The notes below the pieces were generated by a model. The model was given only the letters and a program-made list of their open reading frames with translations, did no database searches and had not been told where the DNA came from. A DNA stretch of 64,000 nt from contig JAQBHB010000047.1 of NCBI GenBank assembly GCA_032128115.1, positions 64,001 through 128,000 of the forward strand, given 5' to 3'. A program made the position numbers and the translations under genes. Source of the DNA: Deltaproteobacteria bacterium. Lineage in GTDB: Bacteria; Myxococcota_A; UBA9160; SMWR01. This document shows, in pieces, positions 46,035 through 55,356 of the stretch (its first letter is position 1; every line of letters starts with the position of its first letter).

Positions 46035-47750
46035 TCAGAGCTTCACCCGGGAAATGCGCGTATAGGCGCGCTGGGTCGTTTGCGCTTCGAATAGGGTTTC
46101 GAGCTGAAACTGCGGATCCAGCGTTACCGACAGCTCGGTAGGTTGGTGATCGGAGTACCGGATCTCCTGGAGAACCAGGATGTTCCTGTACCGGTGATCC
46201 CGGAGGTCCTCCAGCAGGACTTCCCGGTTGACGTTCGCGTACCCGCCCGAAACGGTTCCCCAGCCATACACCAGGTACCAATAGGGCGGTTCGAAGATGA
46301 TCAGATTGTCGCGCTCCGGGTAGTGCTCATTCAGGTAGTCGAGATTTGTGTAGTGCTCGCGAAAGCTGCCCCGGTAAGCGCTGCTGTGGTGCTCGGCGGC
46401 GATGGGCCAGTACAGGGTGATCAAACCGACAGCCATCACCACCGCGTAGTTCCTGGAGAGCCGAAAGTGGTCGATCGCTCCTGCCACGAAGAGCAGCGCC
46501 AGAAGCGCAAGTACCGGTAGGAAGACGATTCCGAATCGGCTGGAGACGAACTGCGTGAGGTCGCCGTAGTAGTAGGCGAAGATCACGGTGGCCTGCACGA
46601 TGCAGGAGAGTGCGGCGAGCACCAGCGTGGCGCTCAGTTCGGAAGGAATCCGGGTCCGGTGGCGCCAGAGGCGATGGGCGGCGTAGAGCCCGCCGAGGAG
46701 AGCCAGATAGAACACGGGCGGAACCGAACCGTACCGGGTCTCCCCGTGGCTGAAGAAGGTCCAGGCGTTCCCCAGGTTCTCTGGAATCCGGGAAAGGGCG
46801 AAGAGGGAATCGTCGCCCCCGATCCCGAACTGCCCCGGATCGCTCACCAGGCGGCGTTGCCAGAGAACGGGAAGGAACAGCAGAGGCAGGATCACCGAGC
46901 GGTAGGTCAGGGAACCATAATCCGATGGCCGAAGCTGGAACACGAGGAACAGGCCGAAGCACAGCACCCAGAGCGGCGACTCGTAACGGATCTGCGCCAG
47001 GATCACGAGCGTCAAGGCCAGCCGTTCCAGGTTCCGCGTCTTCCTCTCGACCAGGAACCGGTGAAGGAGCCAGAAGGCCCAGAGCACGAACAGCAGATTG
47101 ACGATCTCGAACCCGCCCGCCGTGCTGTAGGTGACCAGCATCGGAAACGAGGCCAACAGCAGCATCCCCACGCAACTCCAGAAGCGCGTGAAGCGGGTCT
47201 GCAGGAGCAGATAGAAGATGAAGAGACACCCTCCTGCGGCCGCTGCGTTCACGCCGAAGACGTTCTCAGCGCGGTACCCGGTAAGCGTGTGAACGATCGA
47301 CACGAAGAACGGGAAGAACAGGGGACGCCTTCCCAGGTACGAACTGACGATCTCCTGGTCGCCGAAGACATACAGGGTGTCCTGGGCTACGAGAATCGAC
47401 TGGTCGTGGTACATGGAGAAGGAGACAGCGGCGAGATGGATCTCGTCGCTGAAGACCCGGAACTTCGGTTCGCTCACGAGCACCATGGCGACGACTGTCA
47501 GGATCGCCAGGCCGAGCGCCGGTCCGTGCTTCCGGAACAGGGTCCGCCAGGGGAGGTTCCAGTTCTCGGGAAGCAGGGTCTGGAGCCACAGCAGGAAGGT
47601 GCCGAGCAGCACGAACCAGGTCGTCGATCGATACAGAATCTCGGCGTGGTCGATGGGTGGAATGCACCACATCGCAATCGCGACGCACGCAGAGATCGCT
47701 ACGGCGGCCACCTTCTCGATGGCGTCGTAGTGCTGCCAGATCGCCTTCAT
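46035..47750 (-). CDS. GT-C (ArnT/PMT-like) membrane glycosyltransferase
   Basis: FRVFSDE loop motif, RPLFFPF, GGFE, AQIRYES; more than 10 TM helices. Confidence 0.7.
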   Translation of the reverse strand: MKAIWQHYDAIEKVAAVAISACVAIAMWCIPPIDHAEILYRSTTWFVLLGTFLLWLQTLLPENWNLPWRTLFRKHGPALGLAILTVVAMVLVSEPKFRVFSDEIHLAAVSFSMYHDQSILVAQDTLYVFGDQEIVSSYLGRRPLFFPFFVSIVHTLTGYRAENVFGVNAAAAGGCLFIFYLLLQTRFTRFWSCVGMLLLASFPMLVTYSTAGGFEIVNLLFVLWAFWLLHRFLVERKTRNLERLALTLVILAQIRYESPLWVLCFGLFLVFQLRPSDYGSLTYRSVILPLLFLPVLWQRRLVSDPGQFGIGGDDSLFALSRIPENLGNAWTFFSHGETRYGSVPPVFYLALLGGLYAAHRLWRHRTRIPSELSATLVLAALSCIVQATVIFAYYYGDLTQFVSSRFGIVFLPVLALLALLFVAGAIDHFRLSRNYAVVMAVGLITLYWPIAAEHHSSAYRGSFREHYTNLDYLNEHYPERDNLIIFEPPYWYLVYGWGTVSGGYANVNREVLLEDLRDHRYRNILVLQEIRYSDHQPTELSVTLDPQFQLETLFEAQTTQRAYTRISRVKL

Positions 47751-47759
47751 CGACCCGGT

Positions 47760-47787
47760 TTATCGGATCACTCTCGTGTGTGGTTGA
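47760..47787 (-). promoter_or_regulatory. Putative sigma28-like promoter
   Basis: TCAA-N16-TCCGATAA ending 9 nt before the ATG at 47750. Confidence 0.4.
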
Positions 47788-47824
47788 GGCCGTCCGAGGC
47801 ACCCGGTGGCCCCGGGTGCGCGGA

Positions 47825-48247
47825 TCAAGCCCGCTTCGAACCCCTGCGCTTCGACGGGGTGGGCGCGTTCTTCGCGACGAAGCGGTGGTCCTCGATGAGC
47901 TGGAGCAGGTCGAAGGCGCTGAGGACACCCACCACCTTCTGCTCGTGTGTAACCACCACGCGGTGGATCCTGTGGTTACGCATCACTCGCGCCGCCGTGC
48001 TCACGTCGTCGTATTTTGTCACCGTGTAGATCTTCTCGGTCATGATCGTATTCACCGGGGAGCCACCCTTGAGCCCCGCGACCAGGTCGGTGGCCGACAC
48101 GATCCCGATGGGGGCCCCCTCGGAGTCGACCACCGGGATGGCGGTGACCCGGTTCCGCTCCATCAGCCCCCGGACGTGGTCGATGCTTGCGTGGGGCTCT
48201 GTGGTGATGACGGATTCGGTCATCAGCTCGTGGACCTTGGCGTTCAT
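47825..48247 (-). CDS. CBS domain protein
   Basis: MNAKVHELMT..IPVVD..GIVSATD; tandem CBS pair. Confidence 0.9.
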   Translation of the reverse strand: MNAKVHELMTESVITTEPHASIDHVRGLMERNRVTAIPVVDSEGAPIGIVSATDLVAGLKGGSPVNTIMTEKIYTVTKYDDVSTAARVMRNHRIHRVVVTHEQKVVGVLSAFDLLQLIEDHRFVAKNAPTPSKRRGSKRA

Positions 48248-48305
48248 TCGGGCTCCCGGTTGGCAGGGGTTACGAAGGTCGCGATGGGAATCGGGACGAG
48301 ACCGA

Positions 48306-48881
48306 TCACGAGTCGCCTCCCCCCATTCGCCGGCGCAGCGACGCGACCGCCTGTTGGATCCACTCCGTAGACTGATCGCCCAGATCGGAGAGATCCGTGC
48401 GCAGTTCCTCGAGGGTCGACTCGATTTCCTCGCGGCGCCGCCGTCGCGGCGCCGCACGCCGCGCACCAAGCACCTCGCCGCGCACGGTCTCCCGCAAATC
48501 GCCGAGTTCGCGCCCCAGCTCCGCCACCACATCGTCCAGGGCCAGCAGGCCCACCACACGACCCTTGCGAAGAATGGGAATGCGCCGCACCGCGCGGGTT
48601 CGCATGCGATCGAGCACCTCCTGGAGCGGCTCCTCGGTCGAACCGGTCACCAGATCGCCGGTCATGACGTCCGACGCGATGGTCTTCTCCGGATCGCGGC
48701 CCGTCGCGACTGCGCGGCGCAGGAGATCCCGGTCGGTCACGATGCCGAGCGGCCCTCCCGCGTCGTCGACGACCACGACGCAGCCGACGGCGTACAGATC
48801 CATGCGGTCGGCCACGTCGATGAGCGACGCACCCGGGCCCACCTTGACAACCTGGGTCTCGTAATGTCCAACGTCTCGCAT
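48306..48881 (-). CDS. CBS domain protein with C-terminal helical extension
   Basis: VGCVVVVDD..GIVTDRDL, VRRIPIL. Confidence 0.88.
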   Translation of the reverse strand: MRDVGHYETQVVKVGPGASLIDVADRMDLYAVGCVVVVDDAGGPLGIVTDRDLLRRAVATGRDPEKTIASDVMTGDLVTGSTEEPLQEVLDRMRTRAVRRIPILRKGRVVGLLALDDVVAELGRELGDLRETVRGEVLGARRAAPRRRRREEIESTLEELRTDLSDLGDQSTEWIQQAVASLRRRMGGGDS

Positions 48882-48886
48882 GAGAA

Positions 48887-49357
48887 CTACTCCCCGATCG
48901 CACCCGGAGCGAGCGCGTGGTCTCCGCGAAGATCCGCGGGAAACTGGTGCCGGACCACGGTGGCCACTGCGGACAGCTCGCTCGAGATGAGCTGGAGCAT
49001 GTCGTCGCAGGTCACGAGGCCAGCGAGCTTCCCGGTCTCTTCGTCGACAACGGGAATGCGGCGGAGCGCGTTCTTCCGCATGAAGCGGATCGCGATCCAG
49101 ATGGGTGCGCCCGACGTGACGGTGATGACCGGCACGTGCATCACCGCGGAGAGCGGTGTTGCATCGGCATCGATCCGCCGCCGGATCGCGCCGAGCGCAA
49201 GATCCCGGTCGGTCACCATGCCAACAGGCCGGTGCGCGTCGTCGACGACCACCAGACATCCCACACCAAGCGAACCCATCCGCACTGCGGCGTCTCGAAC
49301 GGATTCGTTCGGCGTCGCAGTGGCGATCTCGGTTCGGCAGTACTCCGCTACCGGCAT
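48887..49357 (-). CDS. CBS domain protein
   Basis: VGCLVVVDD..GMVTDRDL, LRRIPVVD; GGGAGG RBS. Confidence 0.9.
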   Translation of the reverse strand: MPVAEYCRTEIATATPNESVRDAAVRMGSLGVGCLVVVDDAHRPVGMVTDRDLALGAIRRRIDADATPLSAVMHVPVITVTSGAPIWIAIRFMRKNALRRIPVVDEETGKLAGLVTCDDMLQLISSELSAVATVVRHQFPADLRGDHALAPGAIGE

Positions 49358-49396
49358 GGCCGCCTCCCGGGCGCGACGGCGCCCACCCGGATGCAA

Positions 49397-49412
49397 AGCA
49401 AACCGCATGCCG
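49397..49412 (-). promoter_or_regulatory. Putative sigma54 promoter for the CBS operon
   Basis: Minus strand CGGCATGCGGTTTGCT (GG-N10-GC), 40 nt before the ATG at 49357. Confidence 0.65.
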
Positions 49413-49545
49413 CGGGTTCATCCGCAGGCTGTCCGGGACCGAGACCCACCGGTGCGGACGGGACACGACTCCCCATCGGCGGGGCACATCGTCCCAGTTG
49501 TCCCGGTTTGGCGCGCCCCTCGGCTCGAAGGCCCCGATTCGGGCT

Positions 49546-49561
49546 CGGAACGGGAATTGCA
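49546..49561 (+). promoter_or_regulatory. Putative sigma54 promoter for WS/DGAT
   Basis: CGGAACGGGAATTGCA (GG-N10-GC), about 50 nt before the ATG at 49610. Confidence 0.55.
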
Positions 49562-49609
49562 GCCCATCCCGAGACGAGCCGGCGAAAGCCCACCTCCAAG
49601 GCAGCCACC

Positions 49610-51028
49610 ATGCATTTCTCCGAACGGCTCACCGCTCTCGACGCCTCGTTTCTCGACCTGGAGGACGAGCGCACCCACATGCACGTGGCCGCGCTCCTCG
49701 TGTTCGAAGCGGGCCCTCTGCGGCGCGCGGACGGCGGCCTCGACATCGATCGTGTCCGGGCCCTGATCGCCTCGCGGCTGCACGACGTGCCGCGCTATCG
49801 CCAGAAGCTGGCCCGGGCCCCCATTTCGGATCACCCCATCTGGGTGGAGGACCGGAACTTCAACCTGGACTACCACGTTCGGCACACGGCGTTGCCCCCG
49901 CCCGCCGACGACCGCCTGCTCAAGCGGCTCGCGGGGCGAATCATGAGTCAGAAGCTCGATCGCGAGAAGCCGCTGTGGGAGCTGTGGGTGGTGGAGGGTC
50001 TGGCCGACGATCGCTTCGCAATCATCACCAAGGCCCACCACTGCATGGTGGACGGCATCGCGGGCATGGCCGTGATCGCAACGCTTCTGCGCCCGACCCC
50101 CGACGACACCATCGAGGAGCCCTCATCCTGGTTCCCGCGGCCGCGACCGTCCCGAGCACGAATGCTGGTCGACGAGGTGGCCCACCGGGCGCGGGCACCG
50201 TTCGGGCTCCTGCGCCGGGCCCGCGAAGCCGTCGAGAATCCGGTGGGCACGGCTCAATCGGCGCTGGATGCTGCCTGGGCCGTGGCCGAGACCCTGGCGG
50301 GCAGCCTGCGTCCCGCCTCGGACACGCCGCTCAACCCCGACCACATCGGCCCCTACCGTCGCTTCGATTGGCTGCGCTTCGATCTGGATGCGGTCGCGGA
50401 GGTGAAGAGGCGGTTGGGGGGCACGGTCAACGACGTAGTGCTCGCGACCGTGGCGGGGGGCATCGGCGAATTCCTGAAGAGGCGACGGCTAACGCTCGAA
50501 GATCTCGACTTCCGCGCGATGATCCCAGTCAACGTGCGCCCGAGTGCAGACCACGGAAAGCTCGGCAACCGGGTCGCCATGTTGATGGCCGCGCTTCCCG
50601 TCGGCGAGCCCGATCCCCTGCGGAGGCTCGAGCGCGTGATCGCAACGACTCGAGAGCTCAAGCACTCGCGACGAATCCGCGGCGTCGAGCTGATGGAGGA
50701 ACTGAGCGACTGGACGACGACGGGACTCATCACCCAGTCGACGCGGCTGGCCGCCCGGATCCGCGCCTTCAACCTGGTGGTGACAAACATCCCCGGCCCC
50801 CAGACCCAGCTCTACCTGCTGGGGGCACCCTTGCTCGCGCCCTATCCCATGGTCCCGCTCTACTCGAATCAGGCGCTGGGGATCGCGCTCTTCAGCTACT
50901 GCGGCGGGCTCTTCTGGGGGTTCAACTCCGACTGGGACCGCCTTCCGGATCTGCACGACCTGGTCGAGTGCTTCGCCCTCGACTTCGAGAAGCTCCGGAA
51001 GGCCGCGTCTCGGACGCCGAAACCATGA
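49610..51028 (+). CDS. Wax ester synthase/diacylglycerol acyltransferase (WS/DGAT)
   Basis: RLTALDASFL, PLWE, HHCMVDG catalytic motif, TVNDVVL, NLVVTNIPGP. Confidence 0.95.
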   Translation: MHFSERLTALDASFLDLEDERTHMHVAALLVFEAGPLRRADGGLDIDRVRALIASRLHDVPRYRQKLARAPISDHPIWVEDRNFNLDYHVRHTALPPPADDRLLKRLAGRIMSQKLDREKPLWELWVVEGLADDRFAIITKAHHCMVDGIAGMAVIATLLRPTPDDTIEEPSSWFPRPRPSRARMLVDEVAHRARAPFGLLRRAREAVENPVGTAQSALDAAWAVAETLAGSLRPASDTPLNPDHIGPYRRFDWLRFDLDAVAEVKRRLGGTVNDVVLATVAGGIGEFLKRRRLTLEDLDFRAMIPVNVRPSADHGKLGNRVAMLMAALPVGEPDPLRRLERVIATTRELKHSRRIRGVELMEELSDWTTTGLITQSTRLAARIRAFNLVVTNIPGPQTQLYLLGAPLLAPYPMVPLYSNQALGIALFSYCGGLFWGFNSDWDRLPDLHDLVECFALDFEKLRKAASRTPKP

Positions 51029-51041
51029 GAGAGGTAGACCA

Positions 51042-51473
51042 TTGAACAAGATTCCTTCGATCCAGTCGGTGATGACCCCGTTTCCCTATTCGATCTCGAC
51101 CGAAGCGCCCCTGCGCCGGGCGCGCCAGATGATGCTCGAGCACGAGGTCCGTCATCTCCCGGTGGTTCGGAAGGGGAAGCTCGCAGGCGTGATCACCGAT
51201 CGGGATCTGAAGCGGGCCCTGGATCCCGCCATGGGCCTGCCGCCGAAAGACGAGCTTTTCGTTTCCGATGTGATGGTGCACAACGCCTATGTGGTGGAAA
51301 CCTCGGAGAGACTCGACTACGTGCTACTCGCCATGGCCGAGGAGCACATCGGGTGCGCGCTCGTAGTCAAGGAAGGCAAGCTCGTCGGGATCTTCACGAC
51401 GACCGACGCATGCCGCGTGTTCGGTGCACACCTGCGGCGGGATCTGCCCGAGGGCGACGGCGAGGCGGCCTGA
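51042..51473 (+). CDS. CBS domain protein (AcuB-like)
   Basis: VRHLPVV..GVITDRDL, IGCALVV..GIFTTTD. Confidence 0.9.
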   Translation: MNKIPSIQSVMTPFPYSISTEAPLRRARQMMLEHEVRHLPVVRKGKLAGVITDRDLKRALDPAMGLPPKDELFVSDVMVHNAYVVETSERLDYVLLAMAEEHIGCALVVKEGKLVGIFTTTDACRVFGAHLRRDLPEGDGEAA

Positions 51474-51523
51474 CGCCTGCCTGGTGGGATGAGACCCCAC
51501 ACTGAGGCTACAGTGGCCGCCGC

Positions 51524-52231
51524 ATGGACGACTCCAACATCGAGTTTCTCGCTCACCACGACACCGCGATCGGCACGCTGATCCTGCGTCGCCGGGAACT
51601 GCTCTCCAAGCCCGGAACCGTGGTCACGGAGATCACGCTGGACCACGCGTTCCTGATGAGCAGCTACATCACGGTCTCCGAGCGCGCACTCTCACGCATC
51701 GCCCTGGAGATGCACACGGGAGACCCGCTCCAGGTCCTGGTCGGCGGGCTCGGCCTCGGATACACGGCCTGGGAGGCCCTGCAATCGCCCCGGGTGGCGC
51801 GGGCCGAGGTCGTTGAATTCTCGCCCGCGGTGATCGCCTGGATGGCGGAGGGCCTCGTCCCGCTCTCGAGCCAACTGGCTGCTGAGCCGCGCGCAGAGAT
51901 CGTGGAGGGAGACGTGTTCAAGAGACTCTCGCTTCCCCCCGACCTGGCGGCGCCACTATTCGATCTGATCCTGATCGACGTAGACCACTCTCCCGCCGAG
52001 CCCCTGAACGACGCAGGCAACGACGGTTTCTACACGGCCGAGGGCCTGCGCGCAGCACAGCGCCACCTGGCGCCCGGCGGCGTGCTCGGCGTGTGGTCCT
52101 ATGCCGAGAGCTCGCCGTTCGCCGAGGCGCTGCGCGAGACGTTCCGGGAGGTCCGCATCGAGCCCGTGACCTTCATGAACGATCTCATCGACGAGGAGAC
52201 CACGGACTGGCTCTTCTTCGCACACGACTGA
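51524..52231 (+). CDS. Spermidine synthase-like SAM-dependent methyltransferase
   Basis: FLMSS, VLVGGLGLGYT, DLILIDVDHSP, GVLGVWS. Confidence 0.88.
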   Translation: MDDSNIEFLAHHDTAIGTLILRRRELLSKPGTVVTEITLDHAFLMSSYITVSERALSRIALEMHTGDPLQVLVGGLGLGYTAWEALQSPRVARAEVVEFSPAVIAWMAEGLVPLSSQLAAEPRAEIVEGDVFKRLSLPPDLAAPLFDLILIDVDHSPAEPLNDAGNDGFYTAEGLRAAQRHLAPGGVLGVWSYAESSPFAEALRETFREVRIEPVTFMNDLIDEETTDWLFFAHD

Positions 52232-52295
52232 GCCACCCCACCCAGAGATCGCGTGCCTGCGCATCGAGGGCCCGCTGGCCGGGCCGACCCAGGCC

Positions 52296-52703
52296 CTAGC
52301 TGGCGAGCAGGCCGTAGCACCAGTAGAGGACGATCGCGATCTGGCCGACGAAGAGCGTCGCGCGGACCATGACGAAGGGCACCGATGTGGAGATCAGGTG
52401 TACCACCGACTGCCCGATGCGCAGATAGAGCAGCACCATCGCGAGCGGGTCCGTCACGGCGGCCTTGCCCGCTACCACCGCAACCAGGCCGACTGTCCCG
52501 GCGATGGGCAGGAACTCGAGGCAGTTGAGGTGCGCACGGGTCCAGCGCTGGCCGAGTCCTTGCAGGTCGGACCCGTCCGCCGTGAAGCTGTTCACTGCCT
52601 TCTTGGTTCGCTGGGCGTGCAGGATCCGAAAGTTTGCGAGGCCAAAGACCAGAAGGGTCGTCCAGGCGGCGAACGCGACCAGAGCGGTGAGAGTGGGGCT
52701 CAT
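52296..52703 (-). CDS. MAPEG family membrane protein
   Basis: RAHLNCLEFLP, RIGQSVVH; four TMs; AAGGAGG RBS. Confidence 0.88.
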   Translation of the reverse strand: MSPTLTALVAFAAWTTLLVFGLANFRILHAQRTKKAVNSFTADGSDLQGLGQRWTRAHLNCLEFLPIAGTVGLVAVVAGKAAVTDPLAMVLLYLRIGQSVVHLISTSVPFVMVRATLFVGQIAIVLYWCYGLLAS

Positions 52704-52803
52704 CAGGTCCTCCTTGTCGGCGCAGCCGGGTGGGCGGCGCCTATTCGGCCCCACACTATCAGAGCGGGCTCCCGGAGGGTTGGATCGTGTTCTGGAGCTG
52801 GAG

Positions 52804-52836
52804 TTGATAGAAGCTTCAATCGGCGTTTTGGCCGGG
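52804..52836 (+). repeat. 33-bp direct repeat, left copy
   Basis: ttgatagaagcttcaatcggcgttttggccggg; 27/33 identical to 56642-56674. Confidence 0.75.
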
Positions 52837-52960
52837 GGATAAAGCAATGGGGATCGACCCGGTCGTCGTGACGATCGTGGCAGCGGATCTCGCGGTCCCC
52901 AGCGACGGTTGAGTCGGCTCCCACTTCGCTACGCTGACGAGACCCCAAGGGAGGTGCCAG

Positions 52961-54220
52961 ATGAGCGTCGGCGAGACTCCGCTCGAAGAACTCGACGTCA
53001 TCGGCCCCGACGTCTACGCCCGGGGCGGCGCCCCCCATGAAGTCTGGCGACGTCTCCGACGCGAGTCGCCCGTCCACTGGTTCGATCTTTCGGGGGGTGT
53101 GGGCTTCTGGGCGGTGACGCGACGGTCGGACATCGTGTGGATTTCGAAGCAGCCCGAGCGCTTCGTCAATGGACCCCGACTCGCGATCTTCGAGGAGGGC
53201 GCCCCTGTGGAGGGGGAGCGCACCTTCGTCCGTCAGCTCCTCAACATGGATCCGCCCGAGCACGGCGCATACCGCAAGGCCGCGGCCCACTGGTTCACGC
53301 CCCGAGCCATCCAGCGCCGGCGCCCCGAGGTCGAGCGGATCACCCGCGATCTCCTCGACAAAATGGCCGGCGATGGCGAGATGCGTGAGGGTGACTTCGT
53401 GAGAGATCTCGCAGCACCGCTCACCCTGAGCGTATTGGCCGACATGCTGGGTGTTCCCCGCGAAGACTGGGATCAGCTCTTCCGCTGGACCAACCAGGTC
53501 GCTGGTGCATCGGATCCGGAATACCACGGGGAGGAGGGTCCAGGCTTCGGCTCGATCGAAGCGACGCGAAACGAACTCTTCGGCTACTTCGCAAAGCTCG
53601 CCGAAGCGCGGCGCGCCGAGCCCCGCGACGACATCGTGAGCGTTCTCGTCGGCTCGCGGGTCGACGGCGAGCCCATCCCTCCCCTGGAGCTTCTCTCCTA
53701 CTTCTTCCTGCTGGTGATCGCGGGCAACGAGACCACCCGCAACGCCGCGAGCGGCGGCCTGCACGCGCTCATCGAAAACCCGGATGAGAGGGTCCGACTG
53801 AAGGCCAACCCGGATCTCGTCGATACGGCTGTCGAGGAGATCGTGCGCTGGACTTCGCCGGTCAACCAGTTCTGCCGCACCGCTGTCGAAGACGTGGAGC
53901 TCCACGGAAAGAAGATCCGCGCCGGCGACGCCTTCTGTCTCTTCTACGGCTCGGCGAACCGTGACGAGGAGTTCTTCGAAGAGCCGGATCGCTTCAAGGT
54001 CGACCGCCGCCCCAACCCGCACCTGGGCTTCGGAATCGGCGAGCACTTCTGCCTGGGTGCCAGCCTGGCGCGACTCGAACTGCGCGTCATCTTCCGCGAC
54101 CTGGCCCGGCGCCTCGAACACATCGAGCTCGCCGGGCCCGTCGATCGCATGCGCTCGAGTTTCCTATGCGGCGCCAAACGGATGCCCATCCGCTATCGCC
54201 TGAATCCGAGCAGCGGGTGA
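52961..54220 (+). CDS. Cytochrome P450 (CYP125/CYP142-like clan)
   Basis: LNMDPPEH, AGNETTRN, EIVRW (ExxR), FGIGEHFCLG. Confidence 0.93.
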   Translation: MSVGETPLEELDVIGPDVYARGGAPHEVWRRLRRESPVHWFDLSGGVGFWAVTRRSDIVWISKQPERFVNGPRLAIFEEGAPVEGERTFVRQLLNMDPPEHGAYRKAAAHWFTPRAIQRRRPEVERITRDLLDKMAGDGEMREGDFVRDLAAPLTLSVLADMLGVPREDWDQLFRWTNQVAGASDPEYHGEEGPGFGSIEATRNELFGYFAKLAEARRAEPRDDIVSVLVGSRVDGEPIPPLELLSYFFLLVIAGNETTRNAASGGLHALIENPDERVRLKANPDLVDTAVEEIVRWTSPVNQFCRTAVEDVELHGKKIRAGDAFCLFYGSANRDEEFFEEPDRFKVDRRPNPHLGFGIGEHFCLGASLARLELRVIFRDLARRLEHIELAGPVDRMRSSFLCGAKRMPIRYRLNPSSG

Positions 54221-54264
54221 TCCCACGCTATCGTCGAGCCCGTCTGCAAACCAGGAGCCCGCCA

Positions 54265-55338
54265 ATGTCTTCCCCCTCCCCCAGCTACCGCGTCATCCAG
54301 TGGTCCACCGGCAACGTGGGTCGCTATGCACTCCGAGGCATCATCAACCACCCCCAGCTCGAGCTGGTGGGTGTCTACGTCCACAGTGAAGCCAAGGCGG
54401 GCAAGGATGCAGGCGACCTGTGCGGCCAACCGCCCACGGGCGTCCTCGCCACGAACAACGTCGAAGACATCCTGGCCATCGACGCCGACTGCGTCGTCTA
54501 CACCGCAACCGCCGACCGACGCCCCGGCGAGGCCGTGAAGGACATGGCGGCGATCCTCGCCAGCGGGAAGAACGTGGTGTCGAGCTCGGTGGTCGGGCTC
54601 GTGCATCCCAGGAGCCTCAAGGGCTCGTTCACCAGCGACCTGGAAGCTGCGTGCGCGGCTGGAGGTGTGTCGTTTCTCACGTCGGGCATCGACCCGGGCT
54701 TCGCGAACGACCTCCTGCCGCTCGTGCTCTCGGGACTCTCCGAGCATTGGTCGGAGATCCGCATTCAGGAGATCATCAACTACGCCACCTACGACCAGCC
54801 GGAGGTGCTCTTTGACACCATGGGATTCGGTGGCTCGCTCGACGAGAAGCCCATGCTGCTCATGCCGGGCGCCCTCACCTTCGGCTGGGGCGGCGTCATC
54901 CGGATCCTCGCAGAGGGGCTCGGGGTCGAGCTCGACGAGATCCGCGAGGAGCATGAACGCCGTCCGGCCACCAGGCCCATTTCGATCGGCGAGCACACCG
55001 TCGAACCCGGCACCACCGGCGCCATGCGCTTCCAGGTGCAGGGCATCGTCGATGGGCACGTGGCGCTGGTGGTCGATCATGTCACCCGGCTGGATGACGA
55101 CCTGGCCCCGGAATGGCCGAGTGGCAACGGCGGCTACCGGGTGCTCATCACGGGGGTGCCCAGCATGAGCGTCGAATACGAGTTCGCCGACGAGCACGGC
55201 GACCACGCCGTGGGCGGCGTCATCCTCACGGCAGCGCGCATCGTGAACGCCATCCCGGCGGTGTGCGAGGCCGAGCCGGGGTTGCTCTCGGCGTTGGATC
55301 TGCCACGGGTGACAGGCAAGGGACTGTTCCGGCCGTAA
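54265..55338 (+). CDS. Dihydrodipicolinate reductase-like / NAD(P)H amine dehydrogenase family protein
   Basis: YRVIQWSTGNVG, GKDAG, SGIDPGFAND, VNAIPAVCEAEPG. Confidence 0.85.
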   Translation: MSSPSPSYRVIQWSTGNVGRYALRGIINHPQLELVGVYVHSEAKAGKDAGDLCGQPPTGVLATNNVEDILAIDADCVVYTATADRRPGEAVKDMAAILASGKNVVSSSVVGLVHPRSLKGSFTSDLEAACAAGGVSFLTSGIDPGFANDLLPLVLSGLSEHWSEIRIQEIINYATYDQPEVLFDTMGFGGSLDEKPMLLMPGALTFGWGGVIRILAEGLGVELDEIREEHERRPATRPISIGEHTVEPGTTGAMRFQVQGIVDGHVALVVDHVTRLDDDLAPEWPSGNGGYRVLITGVPSMSVEYEFADEHGDHAVGGVILTAARIVNAIPAVCEAEPGLLSALDLPRVTGKGLFRP

Positions 55339-55356
55339 GCGCCGGGAGCGGCGCGC

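Noticed and set aside
45938..46141. 67-aa ORF overlapping the J-domain gene stop
   Set aside because: Overlaps the convergent GT-C gene and has no recognisable features
52804..52819. FNR box (TTGAT...TCAA)
   Set aside because: Spacing is 2 bp longer than TTGAT-N4-ATCAA
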